From Aplysia californica (Eukaryota): DNA of 64,000 nt. The position numbers and the translations under genes were made by a program. Below, piece by piece: positions 11,601-23,937 of the stretch (positions are counted from its first letter, which is position 1; every line of letters starts with the position of its first letter). Below the pieces are notes generated by a model, which was given only the letters and a program-made list of their open reading frames with translations, was not told the origin of the DNA and made no database searches. The stretch is from the NCBI RefSeq assembly GCF_000002075.1, contig NW_004797872.1, positions 156,080 through 220,079 of the forward strand, written 5' to 3'.

Positions 11601-14600
11601 GACCTTAAACGTATTGTTAAAAATATTTGTAAATTTGTTTTTCGAAAACTGAAATGGCCAGAGATGGGTTCTTGTTGCAGTCCTTAATTCTCACAGGCAA
11701 TTGTGGGTGATGTATGTCTTAGGTTAGCTTGAAAAATCCCCCTAGTGGGCAGATTTCTTTGACTAATGAACAGAGATAACCTTTATTTCTTTAAAATGAT
11801 TGTAAAAAAAAGCTGAATTCATGGAGATAACAGGGCTCGTCACTGTGAAGTGTTACCTAACTTTCTCTTCTTTTATGATAGCAGTGAACTCATAAAATCA
11901 ATATTTTTTTTAGAATGGCACCTTGTAGATGTACTTATTAGCTGACATGCCCTTTGTTGATTTTTAATATTTTCTTCCTTTTTCAAGTTTGATGATGTTT
12001 TATACTCCCTACAACAACACTATTTTCTGACAAATAAAAAGATTTTCTATCATGTATGCTGTTTAAATCCTGGACATGGTATGAGAGTTTTAACTGTACC
12101 CCCACATTTTTTTATACTCATTCCTTGATTTTAATCTCTTGAGCGTTTGATGGAATCATTTTTATGTATGCAGGGGGGGGGGGGGAGGAGCCGAAATAAA
12201 TTTCTTGTCGAGATATGTTTTCAGCATTTCTTGTTGCATTGTTTTTCAAGAAGATAGTCTTTTGTTGATCCTTAAGTAGATGTAGACCTGATGTCAACAT
12301 TTTGTTATTTTAAATTTTCAGAACCCAAGTACTATCCTGACCGCCAGTCCTATAAAGTTGATCCCCGTAAGTCATAAACATTTTGTACTTGTGTGTGGCA
12401 GCCCATCTTCTCAACATGAAATAGGGATATTAATTGAACATGTTTATGTGGCAAATATCCATATATGGTTTTCTTTTGTCTTTCATCTATCTGTTCTGTG
12501 TTATTACAGATCAATGAATAGTGACACTGTTAATCACCAAGGTGGTTGAAGAACCGTCTGGTAAAATTGTTTTTCTTTTTCTGTCTTATTTTGCCTCTTA
12601 GTCCTCACACTATTAAATTATTTATCATAAAAGCGTGTCCTAGCTCTGCAAAAGAACATCAATTTAAGAACTACCTTCTAGTCCAAATTCCAATATGCTT
12701 TTGTCCTGTTGTATTGTGCTTTACTGGCACTGGAACAGAAATGTGAAGGTATGGGGTTAGTGATTGATGTTAAAGTTGCTATGATTATCACTCCAACTGC
12801 TATCTCCTGTCCTCTTGGCTGCATTTTCCTAATTTACGTGTATTATCTGTACTATGGTTATGCTGAAGTTGTTTGTGTGTACCTAATTTTCAATAAACCT
12901 GAGTGTTCTTCCCTTGAATCAGAATGTCATATAAAAAAAACTTTTATAGTGGGTGGTTGGCGGGTGCTCTGGTGTGGTTTGCTTCTTCTTTCCTATGAGA
13001 CGTCTATCGTCCTTATCTCCCCTTCTTCTTTTTTATGTTTGTAACTCTCTTCTAACAGTAACACCTTTAATCTTCTGGCGCTCATATGATCTTATGCAGT
13101 TGCGAGCGCCGTAAAACTCTTACAAAAACGAAAAAAACTTTTATACTCTCTTTCATTAAATGTAAAGAAAAGATGTATCAAGTTTAGTTTTGTTAAAAAT
13201 GGAAAGTGGTTAGAAGGATTCAAATGGTGCACTAGACGAGCTAAGAGTACATGAAATGAGACTGAATCATGTTGGCAGTGATTGTGTCCTCTTGTCAAAG
13301 GTGATACAGTCAAACGTGTAGAACAGCCACCCATTGTCATGGAGAAAAGTTTGCCATTTAGACAGGACTGATCAAAATGAAGAAAGCAAATCATTCTCTT
13401 CTGAGGTCCAAACTGGGGCTGATCTCAGGATTGGGACTGCCATAAGGTGAATTCAAAGGGATTTTTGTTTTTTTTCAAAAAGGGGGGGTGTGTGATGTAA
13501 GATGGGTTTTTTGTTTTTGTTGGCTTTTTTTAAAATTAGCTTTCTTTTTATTACTGATTTTGTGCGAGGGTAAAATAAACAAAATATTATGCAAATGATG
13601 AAGGTCGAGTCCCATGGTAAAACAAACACATGGGTTGCCACCACTCTGAGAATGAAAAATGCTGCTGTCGCAAGTTCACACCAACCTGCATTATAACTTT
13701 GTTACAGATTAGGTAAACAAAACAGTGACCGGTCACCTCACACACAATTTGTGCATGAGTTACGGACGGAGCTTATAGGTTATGACGGATCACGCTTCCC
13801 ACACCAGCTGTTGAAAATTTATTGCTAGGCCTACCCATTGGTCAACTTGGGTAAACATTCATTGGAGGGACTAACATTAATGACAGGTGAATTAATTATG
13901 ACGGCCCGTCCACTGCGTGAGGGGCCGATTCAAAATTTATGAGAAAGCGTCGGGAAATGAGTGACCACGCCTGGCGGCCTGAGGCAGGTAAATATGACAG
14001 AAAGAGGGTTGATAAAATAAGGTGGCCGTGGCTGTGTTGGACAGGGGACCATTTGATTTTACACAATGAAATTATGTAGAAAAAACGCAAGGGGGAAACT
14101 GGAAAGTGGCCTTTTATACTGGTGGCCGTCGTGGCAGGTTCGACTGTAGTTGTGTCCGAGATGGCAGTGGTTGTAGGGGTGGCTATTGGTTACGTTTTCT
14201 ATGTTATTGTCATTCTCATAATCTGCTTTCATTTTTCCCTAATGTCAGGCGGAAAGATGGTAAAAGATGGAGACTCTTTAGAAAGTTTGGGTATTACTAA
14301 TGGAGGCAAACTCTACTTTAAGGACCTTGGGCCACAAGTTGGATGGACAACAGTAAGAAAACTTTTTTTTTTTAAAACTTATAACATACTGCTTTATATT
14401 TAGTTTGGTCATTGAGCGATGGTTGTAAGGTACCTCCTTCCATCTTTTTTCAAGGAACTAAAGATAAGAGTTGTGTAGACAATGTTTTACTTTATCTCAA
14501 ACATACAGTTCCCCTTGGTTGTCTGAAGATTGTTATCTTTGCATGTCTAATATAAACCCTGAAACACCTTTTTTTTTATTGAGCGGGATATTGGAATTTA

Positions 14601-17600
14601 ACCATCGGTGGATCTCATGTCTTTGTTTTCCTAAAGTAACCAGTGCCCTGTGAATGATACTCTGTTTTAAAGATCAAACTATGTCTGTATTCATCAGAAA
14701 TAAAAAGAAGGACATGATGACAAAGTATTATCTTTGAGAAAAGTCCTTTGATATTTAGTGTTTAATAACCAGCGATAATAATGCCAAGTTTCTCCTTCAC
14801 TATGTATAAAAGTATAAAAAGAAATCACCAGCAGTTACAGTCTATTTTCGCTTAGGTTTTATCACCGTTTGTGAGTGGTACCGTTGTTCAACTAGTTTTG
14901 TGTCATTGTTCTTGTTTTACAAGATGTCCAATTTCAGCTTATTATCCGATTCACCAGGTATTCCTGACAGAGTACGCGGGGCCTCTGGTGATCTACTTAA
15001 TATTTTATTCAAGACCTTCCCTGATCTACGGCGCAGGAGCTGCTTCCAAACCAATTGCTCAAGTGGTTCAGTAAGTGCCTCAGTTGTTGCTCTATGTATG
15101 ATGAAGTGGTTACTTTTAAGCACAAGGGGGCTGTCCCGAAAAATGCTGTTTTGAGAAAATAGAAGGTAAAGTTTTTGCCCCTTGTTCAGTTTCTTTAAAA
15201 GACAAGGAGAGTTTTCTCTATAACCAAACAAATATGCACACCAATGAAACCAGACTTCCCTACTTTTGGTGTAGGTCAAGATTTCTGGAAGCCCCTGAAA
15301 TCTGGGTTAGCCTGCTTGTCATTAAAAGCGACCAAGTAATCTTAGACTTATAAATGTTTAGTTCTTGTCAGTTTCTTTTAGTCTTCAGATGAAATGGTTA
15401 GGCTCAGAATTTGTTGTTTGTAAGTAAAAAGGAAAAGGTAAAAAAAAAAAAAGAAGCTAGGAAAACAGCACTACATAATAATACTCATTAGGACATTATT
15501 TATTTACTGGTTAGTTTCCCACACTTTGAGCTGTTTGGTTACAATTTGGTTAATTAATTATGTGCATATATTCAAATGAGTGCATAATCAAACATTTAAA
15601 ACCTTATTTGTCACATTTTTTAATTCGTCAGTTTGCAAACACAGATTTGTATACATCCACATGTAACAGAATGGACATATATATGTCTATTATGAAGCCA
15701 TATGTTGGCTTATTTTTAAAAGTAATTATGCATATTTAATTATTCATTTGCATATAATTAACAAAGTATTGAGACTACAACGTTAATTCTTTCATTTTTA
15801 ATTTTGTTGCCCTAAAAACATAAACTCACCTATTTTCAGCTCTTTTCTTTTATAAATATGAAAGTTCTGGTTTTTTCATGTTCTGGTACCGTTTATTCTT
15901 CTTTATTCTTCTATAGGAATTTCCTTCGAGATACCCACAATTTCTAACACGGACACAGCCATAGCTTTTTTATTTATGGACTGATTTTGTTTGAAAAAGT
16001 AAAGAGCATTTTACTTCTGGATTATTGATCTTTGTACCTGTGTTGTTTATACGTTAGTAGTACCCATCTTTAAAAAAGTTGTGATTTTGCTATATAGAAT
16101 ATTTAGCCATCTTACAATTTTTTGAATGACCAAGACATCAGTTACGTAACATTTGTCTCTGTCTTTTTCCTCAGTTTGGCTGCAGGATGCTGGACATTCC
16201 ATTATGCTAAACGTCTGTTGGAGACTATTTTTGTTCATCGTTTCTCCCATGCAACCATGCCTATTTCCAACATCTTCAAGGTAAAGGGAATTTTTATGCC
16301 TCCCCTTTTACATTTGTCTTACTGATGCCTAATTTTTTGCAATTCAACACTTCTAAATTTATCTTCATTTTTGCTTCATAGAAAGTTTTATGAGTTTGGG
16401 TATAATTTTTTTAGTCATGGAAAATTTTTTTTATGAAGTGGTTGTTATTTACAGTACAATATATTAATTTCAAGTTGTTTGCTGCCTTGAGAACTTACTC
16501 TGAGCTGCAGTTTTAAATTTAAGTGGAATGAGTACGAATTGACCTTTGCATGAACAATTTGAGGCTTCTGTTTAGGTTTGTCACTCTTTGTAAGTTACCA
16601 CTCCCTCTTGAAGTAAGCATTATACGAATAACCTTGTAGTAAATACAATTTGTATGTCCCCAGAATTCAATTTACTACTGGGGCTTTGCTGCCTTTGTGG
16701 CTTACTTTGTGAACCATCCTCTGTACACTCCGCCAGGTATGTGATTCTATATGGCTAGTGACAACTCAAAATAAAATGCTGCCTTTGTGGCTTACTTTGT
16801 GAACCATCCTCTGTACACTCCGCCAGGTATGTGATTCTATATGGCTAGTGACAACTCAAAATAAAATGCTGCCTTTGTGGCTTACTTTGTGAACCATCCC
16901 CTGTACACTCCGCCAGGTATGTGATTCTATATGGCTAGTGACAACTCAAAATAAAATGCTGCCTTTGTGGCTTACTTTGTGAACCATCCCCTGTACACTC
17001 CGCCAGGTATGTGATTCTATATGGCTAGTGACAACTCAAAATAAAATGCTGCCTTTGTGGCTTACTTTGTGAACCATCCCCTGTACACTCCGCCAGGTAT
17101 GTGATTCTATATGGCTAGTGACAACTCAAAATAAAATGCTGCCTTTGTAGCTTACTTTGTGAACCATCCCCTGTACACTCCGCCAGGTATGTGATTCTAT
17201 ATGGCTAGTGACAACTCAAAATAAAATGCTGCCTTTGTGGCTTACTTTGTGAACCATCCTCTGTACACTCCGCCAGGTATGTGATTCTATATGGCTAGTG
17301 ACAACTCAAAATAAAATGCTGCCTTTGTAGCTTACTTTGTGAACCATCCTCTGTACACTCCGCCAGGTATGTGATTCTATATGGCTAGTGACAACTCAAA
17401 ATAAAATGCTGCCTTTGTAGCTTACTTTGTGAACCATCCTCTGTACACTCCGCCAGGTATGTGATTCTATATGGCTAGTGACAACTCAAAATAAAATGCT
17501 GCCTTTGTAGCTTACTTTGTGAACCATCCTCTGTACACTCCGCCAGGTATGTGATTCTATATGGCTAGTGACAACTCAAAATAAAATGCTGCCTTTGTGG

Positions 17601-20600
17601 CTTACTTTGTGAACCATCCTCTGTACACTCCGCCAGGTATGTGATTCTATATGGCTAGTGACAACTCAAAATAAAATGCTGCCTTTGTAGCTTACTTTGT
17701 GAACCATCCTCTGTACACTCCGCCAGGTATGTGATTCTATATGGCTAGTTTTTCAACCTCACTGCGCGACTGTTTTTCTCGTATAAAATTTTACACATAT
17801 GCATTTATATTATATGTATAATACTTTGTTTTACGTACACACTTGTCGATTAATTTTTAAGATGTGATGTCTTTTTCATTGTAATGCGCAATGAGCATCT
17901 TTTAGGAAATGGAAATGCGCAGTATAAATGCTATTTATTATTGTTATTATTATTAGTGACAACTCAAAATAAAATGCTGCCTTTGTAGCTTACTTTGTGA
18001 ACTATCCTCTTTACACTCCGCCAGGTATGAGTTTCTATATGGCTAGTGACAACTCAAAATAAAACTTAAGACACGGTTTCTATCCGAGATATCAGCTTAG
18101 AAAAACTGCTGGGGTCAGATTAAGACTCGGCATATATGTTTTAGAAATGAGCCTAGAAAAACCATTGGGTTCAAACTGGCACTAAATAATGTTATAGGAT
18201 TTGTAGATGAATTTTTTTGTACAATAGTCGGATTTTGTAAACATGTCCCATTGAACTGTAGCGCTCACATGACCTTATGCAGTTGCGAGCTCCATAAAAA
18301 CTCTACTAAAACGAAAATAAAATTTAAAAAATGTTATTAATCTTAGAACTAAATATTTAAAGATGTTATTAATCTTAGAAGTAAATATTTTCCTCCACAG
18401 CACATGGAGATATGCAAATGTATGGTGGACTAGCAGCATTCATTGTAAGTAAACCATGTATTGCAGATTTGTCATTTTTATTTTGCAGCTTTTCTTTAAA
18501 AAGTTTTTGCTTTGAATGTTTCCCCATTTGTGGGCCCTCCTCTCCTTGTCACATTTTCATTTTTTACTGCATTTTCTTTTCTTGAAGTGGGTGGTTGGCG
18601 GGTGCTCTGGTGTGGTTTGCTCCTTCTTTCCTATGAAACATCTATCGTCCTTATCTCCCCTTCTTCTTTTTTGTTTGTTACTCTCTTGTAGCACCTCTAA
18701 TCTTCTGGCGCTCATATGACCTTATGCAGTTGCGAGTGCCATAAAACCTCTACTAAAACTAAAACTTTTCTTGAACCAACAAAAGCAATTGCTTTTCTCA
18801 TTTAAGAACACTTTTTTGAAGAATCATATTTACTTGATGACGACCAGGTTAAAGAAGGCTTAAATTGTTCCACAAAAGTCGTGAATTCTGCTGCTGCTGC
18901 AAGTTTTACTTTCTAGATTGTTCCCAGGTTGACTTTTTTCAGAAACCTGTTCGTTTTTGTATCATACAGCATTCTCATTTTGAGATTTTCTGAAAAATTA
19001 AAAGAAGTTAAATTGACACATTTTGTCAACTACTTTGAATCAAACAGACAGTGGGAGGGACGACATGTTGCCATTCAGTATGTTTGGATTGATGGTTGTT
19101 CTTTTTCTGCTATTCCAGCTGGCTGAGCTCGGTAACTTCTCAATCCACCTCGCTCTCCGAAATCTCAGGCCTGCAGGTAAATATTGTTTGTGTTCAGTGG
19201 AACATTTAGTAGAAGTTGGAAATGATTATCTGTATTGCAAATGACCATGCAATGGTGTATCAGAAATTGAGTGTGATATTTTTCTTTTTTTTTTCAAAAT
19301 GGAACAGATAAAACAGATAGATATTGTTTTTCAAAGGACTTATTTGTTAAATCTGATCCTTAATGAGAATAGGGTTTTTTTTTGGTCCCTTCAATCAAAA
19401 AATATCCAAAAATTTTGGCATTATAATTATTTAAAAGTGATTTCTATTTTCTGATTCTGATCGCTCAGCAATGTATTCAAAGTTGCTTTTAAAAAAATTA
19501 ATTTTGGTGATCATAAGGAAACCAGTAATGCTTTTTGTTTATGTTTGTAATGCTTATATTTGCATTCTTGAATACTGTGTGCGTAGGTGGTGTGTCCTTG
19601 CAAACATATCCATACGCCTCTCCCCCCCCCCACTCACACACACACTTTTTTTTTACAAATTTGATGAAAGAGCTTTTTTTTTTCATCATGCATTTGTGTT
19701 TAGACTTAATTTGTTCTTTCTTTCCTTCACTAATAGGATCAAAGGTGCGAAAAATTCCTTATGGTTCAGCTAATCCATTCACCTGGATCTTTGGCCTCGT
19801 GTCTTGCCCGAACTACACATATGAGTCTTTGGCTTGGATTGGATTCACCATCATGACACAATGTCTGCCAGGTAAGCATTTATGGCCTCTATTTTGTCAA
19901 CTGTTTTTTTTTTTGGGGGGGGGGGGGGTTCACTTTTTAATTTGTCCACGTATAGTACCTGTGAAGTAATCTGTCTTTTTTTGGCTTGACCTTTCAGGGA
20001 TATCTGATGTGGTTTATTCCGTCTCTTTTTTTCCTCTCAGAGCGATAGTTCCTTTACCCTTGTATCTGACTCTCACATGACCGTGTGTAGTGGTGATCGC
20101 TCCTTTCGTCTTTCAGCCTTCCTTGCTGTCCATTTTCTGCACTTGTGGTTGGTGGGCACTCTGGTGTGATTTGTTCCTTATTCGTCTTTTACATTCGTCA
20201 TCATCTGTTACTTAGCATTATCCACTCTCTGCAGTTTTCTACCATTAAGCTTAGAGTTTTCTGTTGCTGAGATACATCTTGGTTACAGTGGCATTGAACT
20301 CTTGTTAAATATTAAAGTTGCGTTGATTACATACTGTCTTGAGTGTGTGTGTTTCTCTGTTGTAAGCATATTGCCATCCTGGTGGGTGGTCTGGTGTGGT
20401 TTGCTTCGTCTTTCCTATCAAACACCTATCGTCCTTATCTCTCCTCCTCCTTTTTTGTGTTTGTTACTCTCTTGTAACACCTCTAATTTTCGGCACTTTT
20501 ATGACCTTATTGTGTTCCAAGTGCTGTAAAACACTTATTAAAACTAAAACTTAAATCATCAAGGACGAGTAAATTTGCAAGCATGAAGACGGCCTGTTTT

Positions 20601-21189
20601 GGCGTACTTAAATAAAAGATGCATTGTTTCATTATTCTTACTGATATTCAACTTCGTATTCTTTATCTGAAACTTTAAAAGGCAGGTAACAATAATATGC
20701 ATACAATAAAGTATTCAAATTCATGTTTCTGGTTTGTGTATGTTGAATTAAAATGTGTTGCAGCATTGCCATTGGTCCTCTGCTGATCGAATATGTCCAG
20801 CTACATCCTTAAAGAATTAATTAAGGCATGCCGTTATTCAAATTGCAAGTCTCTGGAACTAGGTGAGGGTTATACTTGTGTTCTAGACTTTTTGGTTATA
20901 GAGGTTGTTTGGAGTGATTTTTGAGAATCTTCTTTCTGTTCTGTCAGAGGTCATGTTTTGATTGAGATGATGCAACCCACGTATAGTTTACATAATGTTG
21001 AAAGGGGAAATTGAGAAGTTGACTGATGGTAATTTTTAAAAATTGGTTTGTTTTTTTCCAGCTGGACTTTTTTGCTTGGCCGGCAGCTACCAGATGTTGA
21101 TGTGGGCACGAGGCAAGCACCGCAACTACCTGAGGGAGTTCAAGAACTATCCTCGCTTCAGAAAGTCCATGATCCCTTTCTTGTTGTAG
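8672..21189 (+). CDS. TECR: Very-long-chain trans-2,3-enoyl-CoA reductase, 12 coding exons, 304 aa
   Basis: Exons 8672-8677, 11040-11090, 11537-11588, 12322-12366, 14249-14352, 14958-15070, 16175-16280, 16664-16736, 18401-18444, 19119-19176, 19737-19871, 21062-21189. All GT-AG, phases consistent, 915 nt. Motifs [77 protein letters not shown]. The 6-nt first exon (ATGGAG|gtgagt) is the least certain. Candidate AATAAA at about 22223. Confidence 0.96.
8802..9556. mobile_element. Non-autonomous DNA transposon, MULE/Mutator-like, in TECR intron 1
   Basis: 9-bp direct repeat CTAAGACTT at 8793-8801 and 9557-9565. GG...CC termini. Imperfect TIRs contain the palindrome CTATTCTCA-CCCGGGA-TGAGAATAG. 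Internal tandem duplication of about 215 bp (about 9015-9230 and 9230-9435). Confidence 0.7.
12949..13135 (+). mobile_element. Retroposon family B (about 180 bp); other copies at 18587-18765, 20380-20552 and 32610-33185 (split)
   Basis: gtgggtggttggcgggtgctctggtgtggtttgc...tatcgtccttatctcc... ending in the same 3' tail as family A. Confidence 0.75.
15121..15335 (+). repeat. Unclassified dispersed repeat (about 215-235 bp); second copy at 55353-55586
   Basis: cacaagggggct.tcc...aaatgctgtttt...accaaacaaatat.cacaccaatgaaacca...tttctggaa.ccc..gaaatctg shared by both copies. Confidence 0.75.
16687..18064 (+). repeat. 90-bp tandem array (13 units) made of the 3' 50 nt of TECR exon 8, its donor and 40 nt of intron
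   Basis: Units start at 16687, 16777, 16867, 16957, 17047, 17137, 17227, 17317, 17407, 17497, 17587, 17677 and, after an insertion, 17975. Unit: tgctgcctttgt(g/a)gcttactttgtgaaccatcc(t/c)ctgtacactccgccag|gtatgtgattctatatggctagtgacaactcaaaataaaa. Confidence 0.97.
17750..17957 (+). mobile_element. 5'-truncated L2/CR1-type retroposon 3' end inserted in array unit 12
   Basis: Ends in gtaatgcgcaatgagc...atgcgcagtataaatgctatttattattgttattatt, similar to the tail of the SINE at 61515-61859. TAGT on both sides, and the array resumes in register. Confidence 0.65.
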
Positions 21190-22359
21190 ATTTTTGCTAC
21201 TTTTGACAAATATTTTTCGGTCATGCCACTTTTCTGGATACTTACAGGAGTGTTCTTTCCTGTGTGAACGTCCTGGCTGTATTTTATAGGATGTTATACC
21301 AACAAGTCTTTTAGGGTTCAGTTTGATGAATTTCAGAATTCCTTTGATCTCTTGGGGACCCATCAGTGTTATTGTGGCATAATCCTACCATGATTTGCAA
21401 GGGATTTTTTTGTATCTTAGACTGCGGTTGAACACTTCGTCTTTGCCTTCATAGTTCAGCTCCATTCATGTATTTTCATGAGCATAGTCTTGTCAAGAGC
21501 AGCTGAGTCGAAAAACTGCATAGTAGCAGTTGCTGTGTTCAGGAAGGTTTTAAATTTCTCTTTTATTTTATTTTTGTTTTAAAATTTTTTATGAAGTTAT
21601 AACAAAAGGAATTAGCATATTATCTTTTCTATATTTTTGCATTTGATACAGACATCTTTGGCAGTGAAACCGTAAGCTAGTGATTCCTTAGTAAATCAAA
21701 TTGTATAAGGCATTGGTTCTTAAATCAAAGAATGGATGTTTAGCTTTGTTTCACTAAGAGTATTTGTGGACTCGCATAGAGTAAGCAGCCATAGATATTT
21801 GGATGACTTTGTCAATTATAGTAAGGGCTGTCAAGTATGTTGAATGGTGATTATGATGAGATATACATCACTAAGTTATAAGACAATGTTGCTATTTATA
21901 TTTTTGTGTGTAAGGAGAAAGTTGTTATTTGTGTTAACATGTTTTGTTTAATAACTCAAAAGTACTCATTTTACTACTTGCTGTAATCTTTTAGAGCAAT
22001 TGATGAACATTATGACATGTTTTTTCAGAAGTATTTTTGCTCATCCTTCCATTCTTCAGAGGTCAAACTGATACCTGAGTGAATGTTTGTGCATCTGTTC
22101 TAAGTTACTTGAAAAGATTTTTAATACGCTAGGGATTTTAATTTCTCTTTTTCACATCAGATTTCTGTTTTTTTGTTTTTTTCCTTCTTGTGGATGGAGT
22201 CGTTGAATGTTTTCATTCCCAGAATAAAGTTTTTCACAAATATTTTTTACAAAATGGGACTTTCTTTGTTTGGTAATGTTAAACTCTGGACTGAATATTG
22301 TCAGAAAACAGTATGTGACGTTTTCTTAGATTACTGTTGAAGCCTGGTATGTTTTTGTT

Positions 22360-23059
22360 TAGAGTTGGGTCGTGCTCGCTAAATCAGCGTCCGCAAGTAA
22401 CGAACTACTCGCTGGCACTACCCGCAAATGAGCGGACGGGTAACGAACCATCCGCTTGTGAAGAGTAGTTCGCTACTCGCTACACGTCGGACGGAGATAA
22501 CAGTTCGTTTAGCGAGCGGACGGACGGAGAGCGAGTCCTTCTATTGCATACTACTTACACACCCCCCCTAAAAAAAATATAAAAATTCTCCCTCCTGCCC
22601 CACACTGTTACTAGGCGGCGTTCATGGCGGAAATTTATCTACCCCCCCCAAATGCCTTTGAGAATTCTTTAAGCTTCGATTTCCCGACGTAAACAGTGTG
22701 CCCACACACTTAGTACTACGTCACCAGCCTCTCTCACTCCCTGTGGTACCGCTAGTGGTTTGAAACATTAGGTCTAATTAACAAACAATAGACGATGGGT
22801 CTAATCTCGCGTCGAGTATCTCGTCTGCTAGAGTTCGTCCGTTCGCCCGCCCAATCAGTGAAAAAAATTGTGGAACGGACCTAAGAAACGAACTGGCTTG
22901 AGGTCTGCAGTCCGCTCGCTGAGAGAGTCAAATTGTGGAGCGGGCCCAAAAAACGAACTGTCTTGAGGTTCGCAGTTCGCTCTCATGGCCGTTCGTTACC
23001 CGCTCGCTCAGACTCAGTCTGCGAGTAACAAACCCGTCCTTCCACTTGCCCCAACTCTA
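22360..23059. mobile_element. Non-autonomous hAT-like element (700 bp)
   Basis: TIRs TAGAGTTGGG / CCCAACTCTA. 8-bp TSD TTTTTGTT at 22352-22359 and 23060-23067. Repeated subterminal CCGCTCGCT and ACGAAC motifs. Related copy at 60491-60715. Confidence 0.85.
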
Positions 23060-23800
23060 TTTTTGTTACTTTTTCGTATACAGTAGTCTGTAGCTGTAGG
23101 TTGTTTTTTTTTAGCCTAGCGCTTAATGCTATACCACAGAGGCTATTTCCTTGTTATGAAATAGTTGCATGTTCAAATATCTTTGGTAATTTTTGGTAAT
23201 ATCTTTAGCACTTTCAATGAGTTGACATAATGATCACCACTTTTTAAAAATAAGACAACAGTGTCACGGAAAAGAAGTACCAGCAGTGGAGTCAGACCAC
23301 ATGAGAGCATCCCTACCCCCACGACCCCACAAATGTTGGGAAAGATGAGAAGACAAAAGGAAAAAAGAGATGGTAAACTTTGGTTCAAGATTGTCCCTTT
23401 GCTAAACGCCTGTCCAAAGCTGACATGATTGACCACATACCTGTCATCTACTGCCGTAGTTTTATGTGACGAGGACCTATAACAATTTTGAAAAGGTATT
23501 CTTTGGCGGGTGCGAAGGGTTGAAAGTTGGCCTTTGTGCAGACAGCTCAATCTGAAAGAAGTCTTAATAATGTTGAGATGTGTAGGTCCACATCAGTATT
23601 AAGCACAAAACAGTTGAAAGGGTAAATGATCCAATATATTTTTCCTCCCAAATCATGTTTTGTCTGCATTCCCAAATAGATTCTTAAACCCAGGTGCAAT
23701 TGATTTTTACATACTGAACCCTCTGATTTGCCAGTATCCCTGGTCATAGAAGTGCTTCATCGTTCAAACAGGATTCATTTACTGATTTTGTTACTTTTTC

Positions 23801-23937
23801 GTATACATCATTGACACCAGTGCTTTGGTAATCAGTTGAAACAACAAAAAAAGCAAACCTTTTGTAGTTACAAAGCAGGTTTGCTTTTTTTTGTTGTTTC
23901 AACTGATTACCAAAGCATTGGTGTCAATGATGTGTAC
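23801..23937. repeat. Near-perfect 137-bp palindrome / foldback
   Basis: gtatacatcattgacaccagtgctttggtaatcagttgaaacaacaaaaaaagcaaacct... is followed by its reverse complement, with only a few mismatches or indels and almost no loop. Confidence 0.92.

Noticed and set aside
16687-18064. CRISPR-like array
   Set aside because: Whole 90-bp units repeat with no unique spacers, the unit derives from a host exon/intron junction, and there are no cas genes in this eukaryotic context.
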